Part shown: positions 46,895 to 55,773 of the stretch, piece by piece | Position numbering within the stretch: position 1 is the first letter of the stretch | Layout: each line of letters starts with the position of its first letter | Assembly: GCA_964536515.1 (NCBI GenBank) | Contig: CAZHXI010000002.1 | Coordinates: 60,908-124,907 of the forward strand | Source: an uncultured Gammaproteobacteria bacterium | GTDB lineage: Bacteria; Patescibacteriota; Patescibacteriia; CAYZDG01 | Direction: 5' to 3' | Length of the DNA: 64,000 nt | Translations under genes and position numbers: made by a program | The notes under the pieces: generated by a model | The model's input: only the letters and a program-made list of their open reading frames with translations | Told to the model about the DNA's origin: nothing | The model's database searches: none

Positions 46895-47959
46895 CTACAG
46901 CCTGCAGCTTGAACCGAACGTTCGCTGCAGGAATGCATCGAGGGCAGTGGAGAATGGCCAATCGGCTTCCCAGTGCTCCAACGTGTTTGGATCGAAGCAG
47001 ATGCCTGCCGGCAGCTGCGCTAGCTCGCCGCAGCGAATCGACCCACGTCCTGATAGCTCAGCCGAACGAACGTAGACTCGATTGGTCAATCTCGCACATG
47101 CCCGGGTGAAAACCTCGGCAGCTGAGTCTGGTATAGATGCCCAGCTCAAGCTCCCAGATCCGAACCAGTACGGCGCCGACAGCGGCTGCCCATTCTCCTG
47201 CAGTGCGACGGCATCACCTGGCGCAGAAATTACCGCCCGGCCGGACTGCGGCACCCCGGCGAAGAAGTCTCGCTGGCAGACCCAGTCTATAACCTCTGGC
47301 CCAGTGCTCGGGTATGCGTGAACCGCATCAATAGCTAGCCGTGCGCCGTCCTCTTCACTCTGCTCGATGAATCGCTCCAATGAGATGCCGCCCAGAACGG
47401 AACCGAGAACGTCCCCGGGCACGCCGCACCTGAGTAGCTCGCGAAAGAATCTCCTAGCAGACGCGCCCTCGAATACCCCGTCGTCGGCAACCAGAACCCT
47501 CATGCTCTCGTTGCAGGCTGACCGCCAGAATCTAGCCACGGCTTCGGCCTGGAGTGCCAACGGCGGCGTACCAGCTTTGGCGACCTGGTAGCTCTGCCCC
47601 TGCCAGCCACCGCCCTGCCATAGAACCGCCCGCGTTGGGCTGTACCGCAGCCCGGTATCCGTCGGGAAGTAAACTCTATCGAACAGAACGGTTACGAAGC
47701 CGTGGTCTCGGTACCACCTCAAACGATTCGCCAGCGCCGTACGCATGCCGCGGTAGCCAAGAACCTGAACGTTCGCCTGAATACCGCTACTATATAGTGC
47801 CGCCTGAATCTCACCCGCCAGCTCTTCTAGAATAAGCCGCAGGAACTCTGGCTCCGGAGCCACCAGCAGACGCTGCCCAGCCCAATGGGCAATCAGTTGA
47901 GGAACGTCTTCGGTAACAATGTAAACCGGAGCCCCAACGCCGTAATCAATCGTAGCCAT
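46895..47959 (-). CDS. Phosphoribosyltransferase-like hypothetical protein
   Basis: VLVADDGVFEGAS resembles the type I PRTase PRPP-binding loop; GGAGG SD; terminator 46856-46887. Confidence 0.55.
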   Translation of the reverse strand: MATIDYGVGAPVYIVTEDVPQLIAHWAGQRLLVAPEPEFLRLILEELAGEIQAALYSSGIQANVQVLGYRGMRTALANRLRWYRDHGFVTVLFDRVYFPTDTGLRYSPTRAVLWQGGGWQGQSYQVAKAGTPPLALQAEAVARFWRSACNESMRVLVADDGVFEGASARRFFRELLRCGVPGDVLGSVLGGISLERFIEQSEEDGARLAIDAVHAYPSTGPEVIDWVCQRDFFAGVPQSGRAVISAPGDAVALQENGQPLSAPYWFGSGSLSWASIPDSAAEVFTRACARLTNRVYVRSAELSGRGSIRCGELAQLPAGICFDPNTLEHWEADWPFSTALDAFLQRTFGSSCRL

Positions 47960-48035
47960 GCTAACCTCCACCCTCTGTTGTTAAGGAACAAATAACCCTC
48001 CGCTCGGGAGGGGTCTAGGTTCACCGCAGCGACGA

Positions 48036-48347
48036 TCAACGCAGGCCTCTCCCGATGGGAGCGGTAGCGTGGGGATGGAGCTTGGCTATTGCGGCGCGGT
48101 AGCCACCCATGGATCCTCGTAGCCAACGGCTGACACGGGCGACGGTGGCCGAGCTTAGCCCGGTACGCGCTGAGATGGTGCGGTAGGGAACGTCGCTGCT
48201 GAGGAGCTGAGCAGCCTCCCAGCGGGCCGCGAACTCCCGTAGCTCCGCCTCGGTCAGCAGGTCACGCAGGAAGCGACGAGCCTCCCCCGCCGATTGCAGC
48301 GACACGAAGGCGTCAATCAATCCGTTAATTTTCTTGGTCCAAATCAT
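48036..48347 (-). CDS. YerC/YecD family TrpR-related repressor
   Basis: FLRDLLTEAEL...RW...YRTI...TGLSSATVARVSRWL..GGY. Confidence 0.93.
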   Translation of the reverse strand: MIWTKKINGLIDAFVSLQSAGEARRFLRDLLTEAELREFAARWEAAQLLSSDVPYRTISARTGLSSATVARVSRWLRGSMGGYRAAIAKLHPHATAPIGRGLR

Positions 48348-48348
48348 A

Positions 48349-48370
48349 GTGCTTTACTATGATAAAGCAC
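48349..48370. promoter_or_regulatory. Palindromic operator, probable autoregulatory site of the TrpR-like gene
   Basis: GTGCTTTA-N6-TAAAGCAC directly upstream of the start codon. Confidence 0.7.
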
Positions 48371-48414
48371 TCTACCTACCCCGTCAAGCCACGGCTTTGT
48401 AGACTTCCTCTTAC

Positions 48415-51237
48415 CTACTTCCCCACGGGCTTGGACCCCGTGTCCGTCGGCATTGTGCTCAACCCCGCGTCGGCGTCCTTGGGCGGCTTGGTGGGCAGGG
48501 TGAAGTAGAACGTGGTCCCCTTCCCCGGCCCGGGGGACGTTACCCAAATCTTGCCGGCGTGCGCCTCGATAATCTTCTTGGCGATGAACAGGCCCAGGCC
48601 GCTGCCCTGCGACTCCTTAATCTTCACCCGCTCGCCGCGCGAGAACTTGGCGAACAGCGCCTTTATCTCGTCTGCGCTCAGGCCCATGCCGGTGTCGGAG
48701 ACGGCCACCTCTACCTCGGCCGGGTGCGCCGCCACGCGGACGGTAACGGACCCGTGCTCGGTGTACTTAATGGCGTTGTCTGCAAGGTTAACCAGCACGT
48801 CACGGATCTTGTCGCTATCTGCCGGAACCGTGGCCACGTGCTCGGGCGCCTGCAGCTCCAGCGTCAGCCCGCGGGCCTTGGCTGCCGGGCGCAGCTCGGT
48901 TACCACCACCTTGGCCAGCTGGGCTAGGTCGATGTCCGACCGGGCCAGCTGCAGCCGGCCGCTTTCGATGCGCGACACGTTGAGGAACACGTTCACCAGA
49001 CGGATGAGCCGATTGGTGCTGTCGTACACCGTCTGCAGCACCTCGCGCTGCTCCTTGGTAACCTGCCCGTAGTCCCCCTCCAGCATCATGGACAGGAACC
49101 CCTTGATGCCCGTGGTGGGCGTACGCAGCTGGTGGCTGGCGATGGAGAGGAACTCGCTCTTGGCCTTGTCGAGCTGCTGCAGGTAGTGGTTAGCCTCGTT
49201 CAGCCGGCCGTTCAGCTTCTCTAGCTCGTCGTACACGCGGGTGCGCTCCAGGGCGATGCCCACCTGGTCTGCCACGGCCTGCAGCAGCAGATAGTCTTCG
49301 TCCGTCAGCGGCGGGCGCTTCATTCCGAAGACGAAGATGAGGATGCCGGTAACCTGCCCGCGCACGGTGAGCGGCACGGCCACGGCCTCGCGCATTGCCC
49401 CGGCCACGTTCTGCAGCGCCCACACCAGCGGCTTGGCAATGCCCGGCCGCAGGAAGTCGTACAGGTCGGCGGTCTTCTGCATCTTCTTCTCGCTCACCAC
49501 CTTGGTCAGCAGGTTGTCGCGGTTCGACAGCGGCACGCGGTACTTGGTCAGATCCGTACCCAGCAGCCGGATGATCTGCCGCGCAATGGCGTAAGGCTGC
49601 GAGATGCTACGGCCGTACAGCTCGCGCTTCTGCTCGTCCACCATCACCAGCACGGCCATGTCGCAGCCCGGAATTTCGCCCGGGATATAGTCGATGATGC
49701 GCTGGCTCATCTCCTCCAGCCGGTAGCTCTGCAGAATGACGTTGGCGAACTTCTGCAGGGTGTTCAGCCGGTCATTACGCGTAGCCAGCAGGCCGTTCAC
49801 CTCCTGCAGCCGGGCGGTGGCAGACTCCACCTTCTTCTGCAGGTTGGCCGAGTAGTCTTGCACCTCACTGTACAGCTGGGACTTCTGCAGGGCGGCGGAC
49901 AGCTGCGGGGCGAGGACTTGGAAGAGGTTGAGATCGTCCACGGTGAACGAACCTCCACTCAAGCGTTCACCAACAAAAATTATGGCCCGAAGCTCACGCT
50001 CATTATAGACGGGCACGATCATTCCAGCCTTCATTGCGGCCATCTGTTCTGACACCGGCACTAAGTCGGAGACAGAGGCTGGATCCTCGGCGTCAGAGAT
50101 TCGCCTGCGTAGCTCTTCAGCGGCAAGAATTGCTTCGTGCTTAGCCAATTCGACAATCACCGGTGTATTGCTAGGTATGACCGTGCTACCAACCAAGCTA
50201 ACAAATCCGCTGCCACCCCTAAGCAGCAGTATATCGACGGAGCTCAGTTTAAGAAGCTTTGCGGCTGACTTCGTTACGTCTGTTACCAAACGCCTCGTAT
50301 CAAGCTCAACCGAGAGGATATTGCTCATCGTCCGCAGTGCGTCAGCGTAATCAATTCTCGCTTGATAGAATATTTTATCGGTTGCCTTACCGAGCATTGC
50401 CTTAAGCGGTTCCAAGCCCAGAACGATGATGAATGAGACTACCAAGTTCACAATCAACGAATCTGATTTCGTGAGATCCTTGAAAAGCGCGCCTGTAATC
50501 GATGTAACGAATGTAAAGGCGAGAATAATTGTTGCGACCAATAGGGCGTAGACCAAGCTACGAGAAATGAGCTGCCGAATGTCCATCAAGCGGAACCTGC
50601 TCATGCTGTAGAAGGTGAACAGCACGAATATGAACGCCCCGACCACATCGAACTGGCTGAACTGACGTATTCCGAATAGTGGCAACACAAAGCTGACGAG
50701 CGTCGCTATAACATTGAACGTCGCCGCACCGAATGCCACGTAGCGCATCTGTTGCTGCAATAACCCGCGTGAGACAATCGCCGCTCTGATCAAAACGATG
50801 CTGAGCCACATCAACGCGGCAGTAATAATTACCGTATACACCGAGAAGAGTGGCCCGAACTCCCCCTCGAACCAGCCGAAGTGAACGACATCAACGCGCT
50901 TGATAATCCAAGGCGTAAACAGCGATATCGAAAATAGTACCGCCCCCGTAATGTAGATAACCCTCGCCCGAATGGCTCTATGGCGGCGCTTGAGGAGTAA
51001 GTCGAACCAAATTAGACCATTGGTTAGAAGCAACGCTCCGGCTGCGTACTGCATTCTGACCCAAATAGGTGCGTGGGTGACACCGGTCATGAAATTCGCC
51101 AAAGCCCAGAAAGCATTGCTCAGGGCGAACGGGAGGAAGAACCTATTCAGTTGAGCCTTGGGGCTTTGGTAGTAGGCCGCGGCAGCAAGCAGCAAGCTCA
51201 CTACGCCTGTCGCCGCAACGATGAGGAAGCTGAGCAT
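48415..51237 (-). CDS. Sensor histidine kinase (7TM-type sensor, two GAF-like domains, HisKA, HATPase)
   Basis: SIASHQLRTP H-box, NLADNAIKYT N-box, DTGMG, GSGLGL, GTTFYF; hydrophobic N-terminal ~280 aa. Confidence 0.95.
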   Translation of the reverse strand: MLSFLIVAATGVVSLLLAAAAYYQSPKAQLNRFFLPFALSNAFWALANFMTGVTHAPIWVRMQYAAGALLLTNGLIWFDLLLKRRHRAIRARVIYITGAVLFSISLFTPWIIKRVDVVHFGWFEGEFGPLFSVYTVIITAALMWLSIVLIRAAIVSRGLLQQQMRYVAFGAATFNVIATLVSFVLPLFGIRQFSQFDVVGAFIFVLFTFYSMSRFRLMDIRQLISRSLVYALLVATIILAFTFVTSITGALFKDLTKSDSLIVNLVVSFIIVLGLEPLKAMLGKATDKIFYQARIDYADALRTMSNILSVELDTRRLVTDVTKSAAKLLKLSSVDILLLRGGSGFVSLVGSTVIPSNTPVIVELAKHEAILAAEELRRRISDAEDPASVSDLVPVSEQMAAMKAGMIVPVYNERELRAIIFVGERLSGGSFTVDDLNLFQVLAPQLSAALQKSQLYSEVQDYSANLQKKVESATARLQEVNGLLATRNDRLNTLQKFANVILQSYRLEEMSQRIIDYIPGEIPGCDMAVLVMVDEQKRELYGRSISQPYAIARQIIRLLGTDLTKYRVPLSNRDNLLTKVVSEKKMQKTADLYDFLRPGIAKPLVWALQNVAGAMREAVAVPLTVRGQVTGILIFVFGMKRPPLTDEDYLLLQAVADQVGIALERTRVYDELEKLNGRLNEANHYLQQLDKAKSEFLSIASHQLRTPTTGIKGFLSMMLEGDYGQVTKEQREVLQTVYDSTNRLIRLVNVFLNVSRIESGRLQLARSDIDLAQLAKVVVTELRPAAKARGLTLELQAPEHVATVPADSDKIRDVLVNLADNAIKYTEHGSVTVRVAAHPAEVEVAVSDTGMGLSADEIKALFAKFSRGERVKIKESQGSGLGLFIAKKIIEAHAGKIWVTSPGPGKGTTFYFTLPTKPPKDADAGLSTMPTDTGSKPVGK

Positions 51238-51243
51238 AGCGCC

Positions 51244-52437
51244 TTACGCGATGCGCTTGAGCGTCGCTACCAGGCCATCAATGCTCTCTCGAGAGTGGCT
51301 ACTCATGATCGAGAATCTGATCCGGGCCATTTTCCTAGGTACGGCCGGCCAACGCACGGCGGGCGCATAGTATCCAGCCTCAAACAATTTATGGGCTAGG
51401 TCCATAGCTCGGTGCTCGTCTCCTACCAATACTGGGACTACCTGGGTTGTGCTACGGAGCGTATCGAAACCTTGCTCGTGCAGTTTCTCACGGAAGTACC
51501 GCGCATTCTCTTGTGCCTGTTGCTGCAACTCGGGCTCGCGCTCAAGAATATCGAGCGTGGCAATTATCCCAGCGGCTGCTGCAGGCAGCATGGAGTCTGA
51601 AAAGACGTAGGTCCTACATCCAATTCGGAGGTAATCAATCAACTCCTTTGAGCCGCTGACGAATCCGCCAGCAACACCGATCCCCTTGCTGAATGTCCCC
51701 ATATTGATATCTACCATTCCCCGGCGCCCGAGGTGATCTGCGCTGCCAGCCCCGTTCTTACCGAATACGCCGAATGCATGAGCGTCGTCCACCATGGTCC
51801 AGGCATCGTACTTCTTTGCAAGGTCAACAATTTCGGCAACGGGAGCAAAGTCACCATCCATACTGAAAACGCCATCGAATATGACGAGCTTGCGGTACCG
51901 CTTAGCGGAGTACTTCTTTAGTAGCTTCTCGAGCCTCTTAATATCATTGTGAGGAAAAACCTCGACCTTCTTTACCTTCGCCAGACGGCAGCCATCTACG
52001 ATGCTCGCGTGGTTGTACTCATCGCTGAAAATTATGGTCGGCATCGCCTTGAAGTAGTCGGCGAAGCCCAGCATATTAATTACAGCAGGTATGACGCCTG
52101 CATTTGTTCCGAACCCCGTGGGGATGGTCAAACAATCCTCGTGCCCGGTCAGAGCCGCTACTCGGCGCTCTAACTCACGGTGGATATCCATTGTCCCCGT
52201 CAAAAGCCTAACCCCGCCGCTGCCGGCACCGTACTTATCGATGGCTACTTTCATCGCATCCTTTACCTCCTGTCGGCCAGCTAGGCCCAAGTAGTTATAG
52301 GAACCGAACATCTTTATCTGACGGCCACCCACGGTCACCTCTGGCCCCGTACCGGACTCCAGAATATGTGTCTCTGGGTACCCCAATTCCGTGTGGGCGT
52401 AGTCCAGCAGCTTCTTGATCGGATCGAAGAATGACAT
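51244..52437 (-). CDS. PLP-dependent alpha-oxoamine synthase family enzyme (BioF/Kbl/SPT/CqsA-like)
   Basis: GSYNYLGL, NHASIVDG, DGVFSMDG, DDAHAFG, GTFSK (PLP lysine), RIRFS. Confidence 0.93.
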   Translation of the reverse strand: MSFFDPIKKLLDYAHTELGYPETHILESGTGPEVTVGGRQIKMFGSYNYLGLAGRQEVKDAMKVAIDKYGAGSGGVRLLTGTMDIHRELERRVAALTGHEDCLTIPTGFGTNAGVIPAVINMLGFADYFKAMPTIIFSDEYNHASIVDGCRLAKVKKVEVFPHNDIKRLEKLLKKYSAKRYRKLVIFDGVFSMDGDFAPVAEIVDLAKKYDAWTMVDDAHAFGVFGKNGAGSADHLGRRGMVDINMGTFSKGIGVAGGFVSGSKELIDYLRIGCRTYVFSDSMLPAAAAGIIATLDILEREPELQQQAQENARYFREKLHEQGFDTLRSTTQVVPVLVGDEHRAMDLAHKLFEAGYYAPAVRWPAVPRKMARIRFSIMSSHSRESIDGLVATLKRIA

Positions 52438-52515
52438 AGGTAATATTCTACCCTACCCCGCCACATCGGGGCTACCATGGACGCTGCACGACCTTACAAG
52501 CCTCAATCGGAATCC

Positions 52516-53100
52516 CTAGATTGCCCTCTTCCTATACGACGGCGGGAGGCGGAGAACAAAACCCCTGGGGTAAAACTTACGTATGGTCTGGGCGTAACTG
52601 GCCAGCGGCTCTAGACCGCACGCCCCCCTTAAGACGTCTACGGAAGCGGGGGCAGCTATAGGGCTGGGGCCAAATCCGCTGCTGCCAATCTTACGGAATT
52701 GCGTACCGAAGCGCTGCTTGCTGCCACGCGCCACAGCCACCCTATCGGTGAGGTACGCCAGCAACCTTGGGCTAGCCTGATTCTCGTCAACTGCACGAGC
52801 CATAAGAGCGAGGCAACGTCGCTGGAGCCCTGGCCTGGTATCCGCGTGCTGAACGAGTAGCCAAAAGGCGTCTCCCGCACGCTTGCCGACCATACTGTAA
52901 GCTGGCCAGCCGTGGTCACGTACGATCTCAACTACCACCTGGCCATTTTGGAGATCTAGGCGTCTAACAGCCTCACCCGCGCGGCGCGCGGCTACGCCAC
53001 CCCTCTTCTGCGCTGCTATCGCCTTCCTCCGGGCACCCTGATCAGCCTCAGCCAAGCGTAGGATTCGATTTCGAAGGCGTACGTTGACCTTTTTTTCCAT
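52516..53100 (-). CDS. DUF6624-like protein
   Basis: DQGAR, HGWP...VG...AFWLLVQHAD, AYLTDR, QRFGTQ. Confidence 0.8.
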   Translation of the reverse strand: MEKKVNVRLRNRILRLAEADQGARRKAIAAQKRGGVAARRAGEAVRRLDLQNGQVVVEIVRDHGWPAYSMVGKRAGDAFWLLVQHADTRPGLQRRCLALMARAVDENQASPRLLAYLTDRVAVARGSKQRFGTQFRKIGSSGFGPSPIAAPASVDVLRGACGLEPLASYAQTIRKFYPRGFVLRLPPSYRKRAI

Positions 53101-53155
53101 GGATAGATACTACAGCTAAATATACAGACCCCGCCACTACTGTGGCGGGGCTAGG

Positions 53156-54103
53156 TTAACTTTTACCTGCGAGCAGATTCGCAATCGCAACACTTATTGG
53201 TAATCCAGTGGCATGCTCAATGAAGTACCACTGACCATTGGGGTTGATTTCAAGAAAAACGTGCTCACCTGTCGGGGTTACGACTACATCTATGCAGCCG
53301 TATCTCAAACCGAGTTTCTCGACGAGCTGACGACTCATCCCTTGAATCGCTGGATCGATTTTGTGGCGCTCAAACTTCAAATCTGGATTGCGGCGCCGCC
53401 AGTCGATCAAATTGACCTCGTATCTCTGGCTATCGACCCGAGCGCAGAATACCTCGGATCCGACGACCGTAATACGTAGCTCGTAATCCTTTGCGATTCG
53501 CTTCTGTAAGATAACCGGAGCGAAACGAAGGCGATCCAGATCTTTTAGCTTCGCCTCGGGAAAGGAAGAGGTGAATATTACGGTATCCTCCAGCGGGCTA
53601 GTGGCGAGCTGCTTAATGACAACGTCACCTTGGTGCCATTCCCAAAAGTTTCTGGCTCGATCCGGCTCACTCGTAACCAACGTGTCAGGCAGGGTCCAGC
53701 CGATCTCCCGAGCGACCATCAATTGCCGAATCTTGCTCTCGGCCGCCATCACATTCGCGTGCGGACTAATCCATCTCCGATCAGCTAACAGATAGATAAC
53801 CGAATGCCAGAGAGCCCTGAACTGATCTCGCATAAAGGCGCGGTAGTCTGGTGGGTCAGCTATCCGCAGCTCCTTCGGCAGGTGCGGCTTTAGATACCAA
53901 ACTGCCTCCACGCTTTCTAAATTGAGACTGTCATCACCCTGCCGAATGTATAGCTGGTGCCCCTCGCTATTTTGTTCGAAGCCAACAACGTGATCCTCCA
54001 GGCACCTATCGGCCATAAAATGGACGAGGTCCATGCCGCGAGATCTAAGGTGGTCAGCAACGGGATCAACGGTATCGAGCGAACAGCCAAATGCCAAAAC
54101 CAT
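53156..54103 (-). CDS. ATP-grasp peptide macrocyclase (MvdC/MvdD/RimK family graspetide synthetase)
   Basis: AESKIRQL..A..G..PDTLVT, PVILQKRIAKDYELRITVVG, IDWRR, LGLRYGCID, FLEINPNGQW. Confidence 0.92.
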   Translation of the reverse strand: MVLAFGCSLDTVDPVADHLRSRGMDLVHFMADRCLEDHVVGFEQNSEGHQLYIRQGDDSLNLESVEAVWYLKPHLPKELRIADPPDYRAFMRDQFRALWHSVIYLLADRRWISPHANVMAAESKIRQLMVAREIGWTLPDTLVTSEPDRARNFWEWHQGDVVIKQLATSPLEDTVIFTSSFPEAKLKDLDRLRFAPVILQKRIAKDYELRITVVGSEVFCARVDSQRYEVNLIDWRRRNPDLKFERHKIDPAIQGMSRQLVEKLGLRYGCIDVVVTPTGEHVFLEINPNGQWYFIEHATGLPISVAIANLLAGKS

Positions 54104-54131
54104 TATTTTCCTCCCTGTGAATATTTAGGTT

Positions 54132-54157
54132 CGGGAGCCCGGTTGCCCGGGCTCCCG
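54132..54157 (-). terminator. Stem-loop between precursor and ligase genes
   Basis: CGGGAGCCCGG-TTGC-CCGGGCTCCCG. Confidence 0.6.
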
Positions 54158-54174
54158 TGGTTCAGTCGACTCGA

Positions 54175-54285
54175 CTAATCATAGTCTGATCCGTCGCAGT
54201 CATTGTACGTTCCGGAGGTAGTTCCTCCGGAGCACCCCTCGACATGCTCAGCGAAATCGAGGATAAGCGGGACAACGCCGCACAT
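54175..54285 (-). CDS. Putative graspetide precursor peptide (36 aa)
   Basis: MCGVVPLILDFAEHVEGCSGGTTSGTYNDCDGSDYD; purine-rich SD; directly upstream of the ATP-grasp ligase. Confidence 0.78.
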   Translation of the reverse strand: MCGVVPLILDFAEHVEGCSGGTTSGTYNDCDGSDYD

Positions 54286-54507
54286 ATCCTTTCCCTTTCT
54301 GCCGGGCGTCCCCGGCGGTTGAGAGCGCTCCTGGCCAAAATTAATCAACGATCCCGGGCCAGTACGGGTCGCCATTTGTTAACGTACAAGTTACGGCATG
54401 GGTACCAGGGATACCGAAGATGGTCAACCCCGCCACATCGGGGCTACTCTGGGCGTAATTCTGGGGCGTGCAGTGGCGACCCAACCGAACGGTGGTATAT
54501 TCCTACT

Positions 54508-54924
54508 GTGGATAGGAACGTAGCGATAACCCTGGCTATTCTCCGCGACGAAATTCGCGGAGACGTTGAGGCAGCGCTGAAGAAAATGGACCCAGACTAC
54601 TCCATGACCTGGGTCTACCAGGGGTACGACGGCAAGCTGTTCCCCCGGGTGGGGGCGAAGGCCATCAAGAAGTCGCTGAAGGAGGTCTACGTAATAAAGG
54701 GGCGGCGGTACGACATTAAGCACATTGCCACCGGCGGCAACGTGGTGATGGTTGAGATGGTGGAGAGCTACCCAGACCCGAAAACAAAGAAAGTATACCG
54801 AACGCCCCAGGTCATTGTCCTCGAATTCAGGCGGGGCAAGATCCGCCGCGGACGGCACTACTGCGATCCCAGGCTGTCGTACATGTACCTAACGGAGAAG
54901 CAGCTGAAGAAGGCATACCAGTAA
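54508..54924 (+). CDS. NTF2/SnoaL-like protein
   Basis: GDVEAALKKM, GNVVMVEMVE, VLEFRRGKIRRGRHYCDP; GTG start. Confidence 0.8.
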   Translation: MDRNVAITLAILRDEIRGDVEAALKKMDPDYSMTWVYQGYDGKLFPRVGAKAIKKSLKEVYVIKGRRYDIKHIATGGNVVMVEMVESYPDPKTKKVYRTPQVIVLEFRRGKIRRGRHYCDPRLSYMYLTEKQLKKAYQ

Positions 54925-54973
54925 ACACAGAGCCGGCCCTGGTGGGCCGGCTCTATTTCAACTCAGAGAATAA

Positions 54974-55768
54974 CTACCTGGTCTCCTTTGGATTCGGCTT
55001 CCAATGACCAACCGGGAGACCGCTTAGCCAGGAGTTACTCACCGCTGCGATCCCATTCACCACGCAATCACCGGTAATGGTTGCCGGATCAGCTACCACA
55101 TCGAAAGTCCCGGCATGAGACTCCACAAGCATCCAATGGAAACTGTCACCAACGGGATTCACCCTGACCTCGTGCTCACGAATGTATCCGTAGATTTGAG
55201 CGTTAGGTGACGGCTCAAATGTATTCTGATCTGTTCCTGGGGGATAGAAAAATCCTGTAGGTACGTACAGTTGCTCAGACATCTTACCCATTCCATCTGC
55301 CTCCCTAAACTCCTCGACCGTCTTATAGCAGCGAACATCTTTTGCAAAAGCTGCAACCTGCAAGAGTACGTTATCGCCAGCTTCAGCGGGGGGATCGAAA
55401 TTGAAGATGCGATCGCTGACCATTATCGGCGAGAACATCTGCATCTCCCCACCGCCCATATCCGTATATATATCACCGATGAGGTAGCCAGACATTGTAT
55501 CGTGAGCTGCGCTGGTCTTAGCCACCCGATGTATGAGCATATTGACCCTGCCCTTGCCATCAAAGTGCGGAAAGAAATCTGCGAGCTCGTTCTTATCGGT
55601 CATGTGGAGCCAGAGCTGCGCTCCCCCGCCTGGCTCGTAGAGGCAATAGTTGCCGCCCTTAACCGGTATAACCCTACACTCACGTAGGGCCACCTTTAGG
55701 ATTGCCTGGAACTCCTCGTAGTTATCTGGATCGAACTTGAAGCCAACGTTGCTGTAGGGTATTGGCAT
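54974..55768 (-). CDS. Hypothetical protein (poly-immunity region)
   Basis: 264-aa ORF co-oriented with the RHS locus. Confidence 0.7.
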   Translation of the reverse strand: MPIPYSNVGFKFDPDNYEEFQAILKVALRECRVIPVKGGNYCLYEPGGGAQLWLHMTDKNELADFFPHFDGKGRVNMLIHRVAKTSAAHDTMSGYLIGDIYTDMGGGEMQMFSPIMVSDRIFNFDPPAEAGDNVLLQVAAFAKDVRCYKTVEEFREADGMGKMSEQLYVPTGFFYPPGTDQNTFEPSPNAQIYGYIREHEVRVNPVGDSFHWMLVESHAGTFDVVADPATITGDCVVNGIAAVSNSWLSGLPVGHWKPNPKETR

Positions 55769-55773
55769 AGGTA

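Noticed and set aside
51244-52437. Calling the PLP enzyme bioF, kbl or spt
   Set aside because: Family motifs do not distinguish these activities by eye and there is no supporting pathway context
54244-54507. N-terminal extension of the NTF2-like ORF
   Set aside because: Overlaps the precursor gene and its upstream region; a -10 hexamer supports a GTG start at 54508
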